NCBI GenBank assembly: GCA_963720465.1
Contig: OY970393.1
Coordinates: forward strand, 1,408,001 to 1,472,000
Length of the DNA: 64,000 bases
Reading direction: 5' to 3'
Source: Methanobacteriota archaeon
GTDB taxonomy: Archaea > Halobacteriota > Bog-38 > Methanoflorentales > Methanoflorentaceae
In this document: positions 49,288-60,108 of the stretch, one piece after another
Numbering within the stretch: position 1 is the first letter of the stretch
Layout: every line of letters begins with the position of its first letter
Made by a program: the position numbers and the translations under genes
Notes under the pieces: model-generated
The model's database searches: none
The model's input: only the letters and a program-made list of their open reading frames with translations
What the model was told of the DNA's origin: nothing

Positions 49288-49977
49288 TTGTACCGCGCCC
49301 CAAAGCGTGACCTCGCACTCGCGTTGCGCGCTCGCGTCGCCGTTGTCGTGGGAAGTGGACACGAAGCGGCGCGGCTGATCCAAGACGACGAATGGAACAC
49401 ATCCGAGAGGCTCATACAGCTGCCAAATGACCCGCTTTCGGCACAGGTGTTCATCGGCTCAACCGAGCAAACGCTCCCCACAGCCCTACGCGAGCGCATC
49501 GCACAGGAGATCCACGACATCTATCGCCACCGCTACACGCTCACCCAGAGCCAGGAACCATCGCTCGCCGAATGGGACAAGCTCGTCGACCACCTGAAAC
49601 AATCCAACAGGGCGCAGGCAGATTATATCGCGCGAAAACTGAGCGCCGCTGGCTATACCGTTCGGAAGGCACGTAACGCAACCGTGACACCGCGGCAATT
49701 CACGTCAGCCGAGGTGGAAATCATAGCGGAGCTTGAGCACGCCCGCTGGAACGTGGAACGGCTCCTTGACGGGTGGAAATGGGGGCCGATAAAGGACGTG
49801 ACGAAGAAGATAAGCCCGTACATCCTCCCCTGGTCAGCGCTTCCCGAAGAGATGAAGGAGGTCGACCGAGACGTGGTGCGTGACATACCGCACTTGCTTG
49901 CCGAGGTGGGAATGGAGATCGTTCGAATGCCCGCCACCAAGCGCAACCCCTCGCGTCGAAAGCCTACTCCCACGTGA
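49288..49977 (+). CDS. RyR-domain protein, probably an N-terminally truncated fragment
   Basis: IAQEIHDIY, WDKL...KQSNRAQAD, AELEHARWN...GWKWGPIKD...SPYILPWSALPEEMKEVDR; no convincing start. Confidence 0.7.
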   Translation: MYRAPKRDLALALRARVAVVVGSGHEAARLIQDDEWNTSERLIQLPNDPLSAQVFIGSTEQTLPTALRERIAQEIHDIYRHRYTLTQSQEPSLAEWDKLVDHLKQSNRAQADYIARKLSAAGYTVRKARNATVTPRQFTSAEVEIIAELEHARWNVERLLDGWKWGPIKDVTKKISPYILPWSALPEEMKEVDRDVVRDIPHLLAEVGMEIVRMPATKRNPSRRKPTPT

Positions 49978-50301
49978 CACCGCGTTTGGACGAGGAGCAC
50001 GGCCGAGTCACGCGCGGTTCTGCACGACGCTGACATCACACGAATGTCTGCAAGCGCATAACGAACGGGATGCCCAGCCTAAGAATGATATCCGGGAGAG
50101 TTCCTGCTTTCTGGTTGAGATCTGCACCCAACGCAAACTACGCGATGAGTGGGAGAATCAAGCACGAACATTTACGAACGCTTGACCGTCAAATTAAAAT
50201 GATAGCACCAACAAAATAGTCGCTGGATCATAGACCGTGATTCCAGACCTGTGCTCTGCTGTCACCTTTGCTGCAACAGAGCGCAGATCTGCAGCACAGT
50301 C

Positions 50302-50334
50302 CCCGAGCCTAAAACGGCTCGGGCTCTCTTTTTT
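50302..50334 (+). terminator. GC hairpin followed by T-tract
   Basis: CCCGAGCC-TAAAAC-GGCTCGGG then CTCTCTTTTTT. Confidence 0.6.
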
Positions 50335-51697
50335 GGGTCTAAGAGCGTAATAAAACATCGTGAATACTGATAGTTAAATATTTTGATTTAGTCTGATTGT
50401 CAAAGCCTTTTTTTAAGTACGTATCTGCCAATATGATGGAGGAGGCAATCGTCGTATAACCGCGAAGCACGAACGTGCATGCCCCAAAAAGCGCGCTGTT
50501 TGCCCGTGGAGTGGAAAGTATTTCTACAAACTGCTGCGTCGATCGATCCGCGAGTTCGTGACATTCTTAAGCTCCCCTAGCCTTAAGGTGCGGCACGGTA
50601 CTCAAACGCAACCCTGAGCTTGGCTCCGCAGTTTGATCGTGAAAGATAATGCTGCAGACTTTACCGCTTACAATCAGTGTCTTTTTGCCACCGACCCGCA
50701 TAGCGTTGGCAGTGAGACGACGACAGAGCAATAGCTAAACGCCTGAGCTGCTCCTACGCGGGTGGTCGCTCTGAACGAAAAAAAGCGTGTGCTTTCACCG
50801 TGTGAGGCAGCTGTTATTGCCCCAGAAATTCACGAAAAAGTATTTGAAATCTCTTCGTTCAGCCAAGTACACCAGCACGCCTGTTTTTATTGCTCTTGTG
50901 CATAACCCGTTCTCGAGGCATACGAGCTGTGCAAGTTTTAAACGACCTACTATCGGTGCAATTGTTTTCCAAGCGTGGGCCGTACGGTAACGCTTTTACG
51001 AAGCCCATTTTCCCTCTGTTTATCGTGGTCCCATCCCATACCGCAGTTGTTGTCAGCGCCCAGAGCTCTTGGCTTCCCGTCGCTTTATGCATCAAACATA
51101 GCTGCGCACGGTTTGCACTCGCTCTGGCCTGGGTGTAAGCATCAAACGACTTTTGGCTAGTTGATGCGAGCACACCAATTCGTGAAGTCCGTTTGAGGAC
51201 CCGCCTAAGGGCCGTGGTCCCCCGCTTCTTCCTGTTATCGATACTGGTGGCTTTCGACATCCTGCGTCGCCAAGTACTTTTGGCTTTCAAGCTTTGGGGC
51301 ACAATGGGCGGCGGCACGACAGTGAATGACTAATGGCGCTCACTGAACAAAAAAAGCATCTTCGTTGAGCGAAAGCCTAATGCCTTACAAATAGGTAACT
51401 TTCGAAAACAGAAGCTAAGAAATGCCAGTCCTTAAGAGCAGCGAGGATCACCAAATATGCCCAGCGCAGGTTCAGACGCACACATTAATGCAGGCCGAAA
51501 AACGGGACACGGCGTGGTGAAGAAGAGAGTAAGCGGCACCCTGCGTGGCCCGAGGCATGTCAAATACGCAAGATCGTGTCGTGGGCCTGCTTAATTGCGC
51601 GCCTGAACGATCGTGCAACATCTAGCTACCTAGAGACAACGCAACTGGTATGTTGAGGAACGCCATGCTCTGTCCTAGCTGTTCTTACCTCGCGGCT

Positions 51698-52870
51698 ATG
51701 AATCCAAGAGTTACGATTATCACATTGAATTGGAACGGGTGGCAGGATACCATAGAGTGTTTGGAGTCATTGTACTGTGTTGATTATGACAATTATCACA
51801 TCATTCTCGTGGACAACGCGTCCACCGATGAGTCGCTAGCTAAGATAGATGCCTACTGCAGTAACCAGCGAAAGCTCACACCATATTCTGCTGAGCACCT
51901 CATCAGAAATAAGCCGACGAGAATCACACATTACGGCGAAGTAAGTGCAGAACCAGGAACGGGCCGCGGCGGCGAGGCGGTCCGACTGCAGGCAAATAGT
52001 GCGCTCACTGTGATACAAAACGACCAGAACTACGGTTTTGCAGAAGGGAACAACATCGCAGTCAAATATGCCTTAGACACCTTACATCCCGATTACGTTT
52101 TGTTGCTCAATAATGACACGGTCGTTAACAAACACTTCTTGACGGCACTGGTTAACGCCGCCGAGTGCGATCAACAAATCGGAGTGATGCAGCCCAAGAT
52201 ACTGCGCTATGCTGACTCGACGATCGAGAGCACGGGGATCAAAGACGACGTCCTCTTGTACTCGAGATTCAGAGGACTTTTCGAAACAGACGAGGGCCAA
52301 TACGATAATGAGAGAGAATGCGGGTTCTTTTATGCGAGTGGCGCCTGCATGTTCATTAGACTAGACTTCTTGGAAGCGCTGGGGGGTGAGTGCTTCGACC
52401 CGCAGCTTTTTGCTTATTATGAAGACGTAGATTTGTCTTGGATGTCGCGACTCTTGGGTTACAAAGTCGCTTACTGCCCGAAATCAGTTTGTTATCATAA
52501 AGGAAGCACAACATTTGGGGTCGGAACTCCCATGGTCTTGTACTTGAGTCACAGAAATAGGCTCCGAGTGATGATCAAGAATTATTCACTTAAAACACTT
52601 GTTTTCGTTCTGCCTCTCACGATCGTCCTCAAGGGCTCCTTGTTAACGTATGACTGGATCGTTAACTACGACTCCAGCTACCTCTTTAGCTTCTTAAGAG
52701 CACTTAGCTGGAACCTTCTGAATCTTCGAAGCGCGCTGATCTTGAGAGAGCGTATCCAATCGAAGCGCAAATTGCCCGACCACGAAATCATGAAGTACAT
52801 GATTCCCTACTCATTCGGAGTACGTTCAGCGCTAAAAGACCAGCGTAGACGAAAAAAAAGTGAAAACTGA
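51698..52870 (+). CDS. GT2 glycosyltransferase
   Basis: IITLNWNGWQDTIECLES, VDNAS, NYGFAEGNN, LLLNNDT, ASGAC, YYEDVDLSW. Confidence 0.9.
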   Translation: MNPRVTIITLNWNGWQDTIECLESLYCVDYDNYHIILVDNASTDESLAKIDAYCSNQRKLTPYSAEHLIRNKPTRITHYGEVSAEPGTGRGGEAVRLQANSALTVIQNDQNYGFAEGNNIAVKYALDTLHPDYVLLLNNDTVVNKHFLTALVNAAECDQQIGVMQPKILRYADSTIESTGIKDDVLLYSRFRGLFETDEGQYDNERECGFFYASGACMFIRLDFLEALGGECFDPQLFAYYEDVDLSWMSRLLGYKVAYCPKSVCYHKGSTTFGVGTPMVLYLSHRNRLRVMIKNYSLKTLVFVLPLTIVLKGSLLTYDWIVNYDSSYLFSFLRALSWNLLNLRSALILRERIQSKRKLPDHEIMKYMIPYSFGVRSALKDQRRRKKSEN

Positions 52871-53401
52871 TGGCGGGCTACTTGGTCATCATGGACGCGC
52901 CATAACAAGTACAGTGACGCACGTGCGCTCGGTTACTTCGCTCATGCCGTGTGTGGATCACATATGAAACAAAACCACAAAGCGTCAACGAACTACCTTT
53001 TTTAGCTCGTGAATCGGCGCGCTCCAGCTTTTGCCGCCGTTATCGGCTGTGCATCTTGTTGCGTCGTCGCTTTGGCGCGAGATAGGAGTTACGTGAGGCC
53101 GCTCTTGCCTGTTGACGCCGTGTACAATATTGCTAAAAAACTGCCGCACAAACGCTTCTGATGCTTAAAGCAAAGCTTTAAGACCGCAAATCGCTACAGT
53201 TACAGCTTAAATTGACGCCGCAAAATCGCAGGGAATCCATGAAGATTACCGCTGTGGCATCGTTTCCAAAAAAATGGGATTCAGAGGGCTGCAGAGGAGT
53301 TGATTTTTCAAAGCTCTGTGCGACAAATAGGGTAGAGTCAATTTCAGGTATAACGAGAACAGACAAGCCTTTATAAGCCCTTGTTCTTACCTCCGCCGGC
53401 C

Positions 53402-54562
53402 ATGAATCCAAGAGTTACGATTATCACATTGAATTGGAACGGATGGCAGGATACCATAGAGTGTCTGGAGTCCTTGTATGACATCGATTATAACAACTAT
53501 CACATCATTCTCGTGGACAATGCTTCGACCGATGAGTCGCTGGCTAAGATAGATGCCTACTGTAGGAACAAACGAACGCTCGCGCCTCGTATTACCCAGC
53601 ACCTCATCAGAAATACGCCAGCAACGGTCGTGCACTATGGCTCTGCTCACGCAGAACACGTAGAAAGCCCCAGCAGCGAGATGACGCGGGTGCGATCAAA
53701 CCGCGCGCTCACCGTGATCCAAAATGGCGAGAACTATGGCTTTGCCGAAGGCAACAACATCGCGGTTGCATATGCCCTAAACGCGTTGCATCCCGATTAC
53801 GTTTTGTTGCTCAACAATGACACGGTTGTTGACAGACGCTTTTTGAGTGCGCTGGTTGATGCCGCTGAGCGCGACGGTCAAATAGGACTAGTCCAGCCAA
53901 AAATATTGACCTACGCCGCCCCGACCCAGAACGGAAACGCGCGTGATCGTCCGGGGTTCAGTAATGCCAAAGACGTGTTAGAAGGAGGCGAAGACCAAAA
54001 CGAGAAAAAGGGAGAGGACGGATTTTTTTATGCCGATGCCGCTTGCGCGCTGATAAGGAATAGCGTGCTATTCGCATTCTCAGGCGAGTGCTTCGATCCA
54101 CTACTCTTCGCGTACTTCGAGGACGTTGATTTGTCGTGGATGGCGCGGCTGATTGGTTTCAAGGTCATCTACTGTCCGGAGTCCGTTTGCTATCATAAAC
54201 TGAGCGCGACTTTTGGACAACGCAATCCTTTCACGGCACACCTGCACGATAGAAATACACTCCGGGTGATGATCAAGAACTATTCGACTAGGACGATTGT
54301 TTTCGTTTTGCCTCTCACGATCGTACTGACGCTCTCGAGGTCTATAATCGCGAGCATAGTCAGTCTGAATCTCAGCGAGCCCTATGGCTTTCTGAAAGCG
54401 CTCGTTTGGAATAGTGTGCATCTTAGGAGCACGCTTGCAAGGCGGCGGTGTATCCAATCAAAGCGCAAAGTGTCTGATAGAGAGATCTGGAGCCAAATAC
54501 TCCCGTTCTCTTTCAGTGTTCGGTCAAGACTCAAAGAAGTGTGGGTACGTCGACACGGTTAG
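53402..54562 (+). CDS. GT2 glycosyltransferase, tandem paralog of 51698-52870
   Basis: Nearly identical N-terminus and upstream TGTTCTTACCTC; same motif set. Confidence 0.9.
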   Translation: MNPRVTIITLNWNGWQDTIECLESLYDIDYNNYHIILVDNASTDESLAKIDAYCRNKRTLAPRITQHLIRNTPATVVHYGSAHAEHVESPSSEMTRVRSNRALTVIQNGENYGFAEGNNIAVAYALNALHPDYVLLLNNDTVVDRRFLSALVDAAERDGQIGLVQPKILTYAAPTQNGNARDRPGFSNAKDVLEGGEDQNEKKGEDGFFYADAACALIRNSVLFAFSGECFDPLLFAYFEDVDLSWMARLIGFKVIYCPESVCYHKLSATFGQRNPFTAHLHDRNTLRVMIKNYSTRTIVFVLPLTIVLTLSRSIIASIVSLNLSEPYGFLKALVWNSVHLRSTLARRRCIQSKRKVSDREIWSQILPFSFSVRSRLKEVWVRRHG

Positions 54563-54929
54563 CCATCATTCTGCTGCGTTTCTTGACGTCGGGCGGAGAA
54601 AAACACATAGGAAGAGCACCCTCGAATCAGACTAGCTTAAACGCATGCTCAGCGTCACCGTTTGCCCCTTTTGAAGTACGCTCTCGATCAAATTATTACG
54701 TTAAATGTCCTTCGCCATTCACTAATCAAAGAAAAGATAAGTGTTGGGATCGAAAAGTAATTATCAATTCAAAGGGCTTTGCTCACTAAGTCACATGCCT
54801 GTGTTGAACTCTTTCGCACTTTCTGTTTGCACCATTTGCTTGTAGCAATTGCAGGCACTGTGGAACCATGAACTCCCCACACTAAGTCCGGTCGATCAAA
54901 GACTTGATTTGTCGACTCAGAGGCTTCCA

Positions 54930-56087
54930 ATGAGAGTCGGAATCTTTGCTCCACATTTGTTAGCGTATGGCGGTGGTGAGAAGTACATATGTAAAATCGC
55001 CGAAATATTCAGCAGGGAGCACGATGTGGATCTCCTGACTTTTGACATAACCGAGCGAGAGGGTGCGGGAGTTCTAAAGACGTTGGAAAACCGATTAAAC
55101 GTCAATCTAGAGAAGGTAACCTTAAAGGTTCCTGAAATATCCAGTATAGCAAAAAAAGAATTCTTCGTTAATCGACTAACAAAAACGGCACTTCTGTCAA
55201 AGTGCACCAAGCAATACGACCTGTTTATAAATCAAGCGCGAGGAGGACGAACAATCTTTCCTCAACCTGCCCACGCGAGCAAAAACATCATCATCGTTCA
55301 AGTTCCGCCGACCAACGCAAAAAAAATTTCCGTCTTTTTTGGGTGGCCCGGCATGAACGTGTTCGTTGACGCTAAGCTTGCAACCTATCATACAATTGTC
55401 GTCTATTCAAATTTTGTAAAAAAAACGGTTGAGCAAAAATACGCGAGGGAAGCTGATGTGCTCTACCCGCCGATTGATATTCCACCCCAGCATCGTATCT
55501 TGAAGGAACGCTTCATATTAAGCGTTGGGCGATTTTTTATGGGGGGGCACAGTAAAAAACAGCTAGAAATGATCCAAGCTTTCAAACAACTGTGCGAGAG
55601 CGAGAAGCTGAATGAAGCTCACTGGGAATATCATTTGGTTGGCGGTGTGTCGAACAACAAGGACCAGCGATATGCAAAAATGTGCGAACAAGAGGCTGAG
55701 GGGTACCCCGTTTTCTTCCATTTTGACGCCCCGTCCGAAACTGTCAAAGACCTATATAGCAGATCCACACTGTTTTGGCACGCTACAGGCTTTAATGAGG
55801 ATGAAAATAGACACCCCGAAAAGATGGAGCACTTTGGCATAGCGACGGCAGAGGCTATGTCGTACGGGTGCATTCCAGTCGTCGTAGGCAAAGGTGGACA
55901 ACGCGAAATTGTGCACCACGAGCTGGATGGACTGCTCTGGAGTACTATAGAGGACTTGAAGAAGAGCACACTTAACCTGATAGAAGATCCAAAAAAAAGG
56001 ACAAAATTGGCGAGGGCAGCCATTGAAACAAGTCGACAGTTCCAAACAGACCAATTTGAGATAAAGGTAAAAGAACTATTAAATTAG
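54930..56087 (+). CDS. GT4 glycosyltransferase
   Basis: YGGGEKY, VLYPPI, ILSVGRFF...HSKKQ, FWHATG, EHFGIATAEAMSYGCIPVV. Confidence 0.9.
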   Translation: MRVGIFAPHLLAYGGGEKYICKIAEIFSREHDVDLLTFDITEREGAGVLKTLENRLNVNLEKVTLKVPEISSIAKKEFFVNRLTKTALLSKCTKQYDLFINQARGGRTIFPQPAHASKNIIIVQVPPTNAKKISVFFGWPGMNVFVDAKLATYHTIVVYSNFVKKTVEQKYAREADVLYPPIDIPPQHRILKERFILSVGRFFMGGHSKKQLEMIQAFKQLCESEKLNEAHWEYHLVGGVSNNKDQRYAKMCEQEAEGYPVFFHFDAPSETVKDLYSRSTLFWHATGFNEDENRHPEKMEHFGIATAEAMSYGCIPVVVGKGGQREIVHHELDGLLWSTIEDLKKSTLNLIEDPKKRTKLARAAIETSRQFQTDQFEIKVKELLN

Positions 56088-56596
56088 ATGCACACTTATT
56101 CCTCCGCTAGAGTTGCAGACGTGCGTTCCCCTTATTTTTTCCGTCCTACTAGTCGGCCGAGTACGCTTTGGCTCCCCGCTTATAGCGCGATTGAATATTC
56201 AGTGCGGGTGACCAAAACTGCCATAGCGTGCGCGCCGTTCGTCGCCACCGTGGGCTAAAACGGCATAAACGGCGGCCCCGCACCCGTCTGAACCTCCATT
56301 TTTGCGACGCTCCCACCATTAAATGCTCTCAGTAAGAGCGCCAGGCCGATCAGTTTCGTATAAGTCTCTAACAGACGTGATTTGATAGTTAAATGTTCTA
56401 AGAGTTATTGCTTTTGAGATCGATTTGGTCGAATTCGCAAGGAATAATCATTTAGATACTTTCTCTCTCGCCCTGTACCATCTTGAAGATTGGACGATAT
56501 CCTTAGCATAGCGACTTTTGGTAGCTGCAGGATTCAGATAGGATTTGAACCAACGCACGCAGAAACAAAAATTAGATCGAGGTTATTTAGACATCA

Positions 56597-58051
56597 CTAA
56601 GTTTTGCGCGTCGAGCCATTGCCTCGTATAATTGATTTAATGAGCGAGATATCTTCTTTTTCAATTCCTTTCACAACATATAGCGTCCCGAAATACACTA
56701 GACTAGCTGACACTATTATCAAAATTAAGTTCAAATTTTGGAGATACACGATGAGTAGCGCCATTACGGCACTGGCTCCAACAATTTTGAGTACGATAGC
56801 CGCCGATTCAGTTTTTATATGCACATAAAGGTCTCTTTCTGCCAAAAAGATAGCAACAATCATAACGATGAATTCTGTTACTAGCGTGGCGATGCTCGCT
56901 CCCACGTAGCTGAATTTCGGGATCAATGCGAGGTTGATAGCAACGTTGACAATCACCATGAGCCCTGTGATTTTGGTGACAACTACCTGTTTATTTGTTG
57001 ATTCGAACAAGCGGAAGAAAGGAGCGGTTGCAAAAATAAAGACCAGTGACCATACCAGTAACTGCAAAACGACCACCGAAGGCGCGAAACCTTCGCCAAA
57101 GACGAGCGCAATTATTCTTCCCGCCAAAAGCGTCGTGCCTACTGCTATAGGGATGCCTAAAATTATCATGAACCGGAGATATTTTTTCCACGTCGCCTGC
57201 AAAGAATCCCGCGAAGAGACGTGAAATCGTGACATGGCCGGAAAAACCGCAGCATTGAAAACTGTTGGTATAAACAGTAAACTGAAGACTAATCTATATC
57301 CAGCGCTGTACCAGCCAACAGCTTCGTTGCCCTGAATTAGCGCCAGCATCAGTGAGTCTATCCAGAAATATATCGTGACAAAGACACCGCTCAATCCAAA
57401 AGGCAACGCCTGTCTGATTGTGGGCCCCCAAAAATCAACATCGACTTCCACTTTGAATAAATGGAATTTCCGCGTGCATATGAAGAAACTGTAGCCCAGC
57501 TCGAGTGCACTAGAGAGGAGATAGATGGCAGCAAATGCAACAACTCCGGCGCCTCTTGCTATCAAAATCACAGCGCCCGTTAGCAGTGTTAAGCTGCTCA
57601 AGATTGCGCCTACAGACTGATATTTCATTTTTTCAAATGACTGAAATATGGCATAAAATGAGGCTGTGAAAGCAACAGAGATTGTGGAGAGAGTGAGCAA
57701 ATAAACAACTGCAACCGTTTCTCCTGAGTAGCCTAAACCGCGGGCAGTCACAGCGATGAGACCAAACGTGATCACTGCCATGATCAACTTGATAAAAGTG
57801 ATGTTGCTGAGGTACACGTTTGCGTGTGACTTGTCTCGCGCGACCTCTCGTATCGCTAAATTATTGAGGCCCAAGTCTAAGAGGAGCCCAAAGATTCCCG
57901 TAAATGCCAAGCCAAAGGTGAGCAGCCCAAACAATTCGGGGCCCAGATATCGGGCGCTGAATATGAGGTAGAAAAACCCCAACCCCATACTTGCGATCTG
58001 GGAGGCAAAAAAGACTAGGATGTTTTTCCCAACGGTTGTGGCGGCGTCCAT
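56597..58051 (-). CDS. Wzx-type flippase
   Basis: ARYLGPELFG, DLGL, REVAR, IYFWIDSLML, VGWYSAGYRL, NLALIPKFSYVGASIAT. Confidence 0.92.
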   Translation of the reverse strand: MDAATTVGKNILVFFASQIASMGLGFFYLIFSARYLGPELFGLLTFGLAFTGIFGLLLDLGLNNLAIREVARDKSHANVYLSNITFIKLIMAVITFGLIAVTARGLGYSGETVAVVYLLTLSTISVAFTASFYAIFQSFEKMKYQSVGAILSSLTLLTGAVILIARGAGVVAFAAIYLLSSALELGYSFFICTRKFHLFKVEVDVDFWGPTIRQALPFGLSGVFVTIYFWIDSLMLALIQGNEAVGWYSAGYRLVFSLLFIPTVFNAAVFPAMSRFHVSSRDSLQATWKKYLRFMIILGIPIAVGTTLLAGRIIALVFGEGFAPSVVVLQLLVWSLVFIFATAPFFRLFESTNKQVVVTKITGLMVIVNVAINLALIPKFSYVGASIATLVTEFIVMIVAIFLAERDLYVHIKTESAAIVLKIVGASAVMALLIVYLQNLNLILIIVSASLVYFGTLYVVKGIEKEDISLIKSIIRGNGSTRKT

Positions 58052-58192
58052 TTAAACTTTTACCGGAAACTAGTGCATATTCTATGAGTCGCTAGAAGCA
58101 CATTGAACTCTAGCAAACACTAGTGGTCGATCTGCAAAAAACGTATTGATTTTCTTAATTAATTGGTGATTTAAGCGAATATCGATCACATC

Positions 58193-59095
58193 TTAGTGAG
58201 ATGTTTCGGATTTCAAAATGGCGTCAGCAACCCATCCATCGTCGCTTGCGCGCATATTTTGCTGACTAGTACTCTCCCTGTATTTCGTGAGCCAGTTGAG
58301 ATTAGGAGCGAGAAAGCTGCTCTCCATGTGGGTGGCAATAGTCGGAATAGGAACCCACAAGTTCCATCGTTTGCCAAATAAGATTTGCTTCCAGCCGAAT
58401 CGCCAAGCAAGCCAAATGATTCGCAAGAATCGTGCGTTTGTTCTGTAGGATGCAGATATTACCAGAGGGTTGAACAACCTGTGCTTTGTTAAGCTCATCC
58501 ACAAACTTACGTCATCATTTCCATTCGCGTAACTTCGAAAGACATCGTGCGTTTTTTCGAGTGTCGTTTTCGTCGTGAGGAAGGTCAAACACGTGGAAGC
58601 GGCGGTTCTCCAGTGTTTTTCGTCGTAGAATTTAATGAAATTTTTTTCGTTGTGTAACTCGAGCGCGTAGTAATCCAAATGGTCATACGGAGAGACGAAG
58701 TCAACCTGTTCGTCTGCTCGCAAGAACGTCACCATGCGTTCGAACTGATCCGGCAGATACAGGTAATCATCCTCGGCAAAATAGATAAGTTCTGAGACGG
58801 TTTGATCCAAGAGGAGGGTAATCTGCATATCAAAGGTCGCATGGTTTCCAACCCCGTTAAGCCTGATCAGCTCGACGTCGTGCTCGTCAAAGTACCGTGT
58901 AAACAAGTCCTCGTAGCTGGGGGGGCAGTTATCGAGCAGGACGAAGAGTTTCACTTTCAGTGCGCCGAGGGAGTCCTTAAAGCTCTTCAGGCAGAGCTCT
59001 GCTAACTTGTACTTGTCGTCGGGGAAGACAGGCGGAACCTTGGAGACCTTCGGATATATTCTGTATGCGACGGCTATGTCGTACTGCGGTGGCAC
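58193..59095 (-). CDS. GT-A fold (GT2-like) glycosyltransferase
   Basis: IYFAEDDYLY DxD-like motif; located in the flippase/nucleotide-sugar operon. Confidence 0.7.
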   Translation of the reverse strand: MPPQYDIAVAYRIYPKVSKVPPVFPDDKYKLAELCLKSFKDSLGALKVKLFVLLDNCPPSYEDLFTRYFDEHDVELIRLNGVGNHATFDMQITLLLDQTVSELIYFAEDDYLYLPDQFERMVTFLRADEQVDFVSPYDHLDYYALELHNEKNFIKFYDEKHWRTAASTCLTFLTTKTTLEKTHDVFRSYANGNDDVSLWMSLTKHRLFNPLVISASYRTNARFLRIIWLAWRFGWKQILFGKRWNLWVPIPTIATHMESSFLAPNLNWLTKYRESTSQQNMRASDDGWVADAILKSETSH

Positions 59096-59097
59096 GA

Positions 59098-60108
59098 TTA
59101 TTTCACCCTAAACCACTGAATTGTTCTTTCCAGCCCTTTTTCTAAGTCCACCGTCGGTTTCCACTTCAGAAACTCTTTGGCCTTGCTGATGTCTGGCTTT
59201 CTCCGCAGAGGGTCGTCTTTGGGGAGATCTTCAAACTTGGTCTCTGAGCTGGAGTTCGTTAACTTCTTGATGATTTCCGCAAGCGCCACGATGGTTATCT
59301 CTTCATCGTTTCCGATGTTCACGGTTTTTCCGTCCAGACCCTCTAAGAAAGCCAACCTAAGCAGCCCTTCTATTTGATCGGTGACATAGCAAAAGCTTCT
59401 TGTCTGCGATCCATCACCGAACACGGTGATTGGTGCGTTTGTCAGCGCTTGCTCGATAAAGCGAGGCACCACTCGCCCATATACGTCATCTGCCCGCATC
59501 CTCGGGCCGTACGTGTTAAAAAGTCGCGCCACCCTCGCGTCCATCCCGTGCTCCATCCTATACGCCGCCACAAAGGATTCCCCACACCTCTTCGCCTCGT
59601 CATAGCAACTTCTCGCCCCGATGGGGTTCACGTTTCCGGTGTACTCTTCGGACGTTGGTATCTCCGTGGCATTTCCGTATATCTCGGACGTCGATGTGTA
59701 CAGAAATCGCGCTTTATGCCTCTTCGCTATGCCAAGCGCTACCCAAATTCCGAGCGTGTTTGCCTTGAGAATCTGGATGGGAAACTGCTGAAACTCAAAC
59801 GGGGAAGCTCTGCTCGCGAGATGCAGCACCACATCTAGAGTTTCGTCGAAAAAGATCGGACGCGTTATGTCGTGCCTGATGAATGCGAAGTTGTCCTTGT
59901 CCCGTAGCCCTGACACGTTAGATTCGAGGCCACTCGCAAGGTTGTCCAAACAAATCACGTTTGCGTTGAGTTCAACGAGTATATCGCACAACCACGAGCC
60001 GAGAAATCCTGCACCTCCTGTCACCAAAACGGTCTTGTCGGCAACTTTTTCAGTGACGTCACCTAGATTAGCGATTATCTCTCTAACCTCTCTCGAGTTC
60101 ATCTTCAT
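59098..60108 (-). CDS. UDP-glucuronate decarboxylase (UDP-xylose synthase) family SDR
   Basis: VTGGAGFLGS, HLASRASP, STSEIYG, GNVNPIGARSCYDEAKR, RLFNTYGPRM, QTRSFCYV, DDPLRRKPDI. Confidence 0.9.
   Translation of the reverse strand: MKMNSREVREIIANLGDVTEKVADKTVLVTGGAGFLGSWLCDILVELNANVICLDNLASGLESNVSGLRDKDNFAFIRHDITRPIFFDETLDVVLHLASRASPFEFQQFPIQILKANTLGIWVALGIAKRHKARFLYTSTSEIYGNATEIPTSEEYTGNVNPIGARSCYDEAKRCGESFVAAYRMEHGMDARVARLFNTYGPRMRADDVYGRVVPRFIEQALTNAPITVFGDGSQTRSFCYVTDQIEGLLRLAFLEGLDGKTVNIGNDEEITIVALAEIIKKLTNSSSETKFEDLPKDDPLRRKPDISKAKEFLKWKPTVDLEKGLERTIQWFRVK

Noticed and set aside
50787-51317. Overlapping ORFs (including 152 aa on the minus strand) as a gene or transposase remnant
   Set aside because: No motif, RBS or consistent coding signal was recognised; BLASTX would be needed.
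50368-56394. Shared 12-mer TGATAGTTAAAT at about 50368 and 56383 as boundaries of the second cluster
   Set aside because: An AT-rich 12-bp match with no extended flanking similarity; plausible by chance.
56520-56570. Minus-strand GGTTCAAATCC resembling a tRNA T-loop
   Set aside because: The T-stem pairs for only 2 bp and no acceptor, D or anticodon arms could be built.
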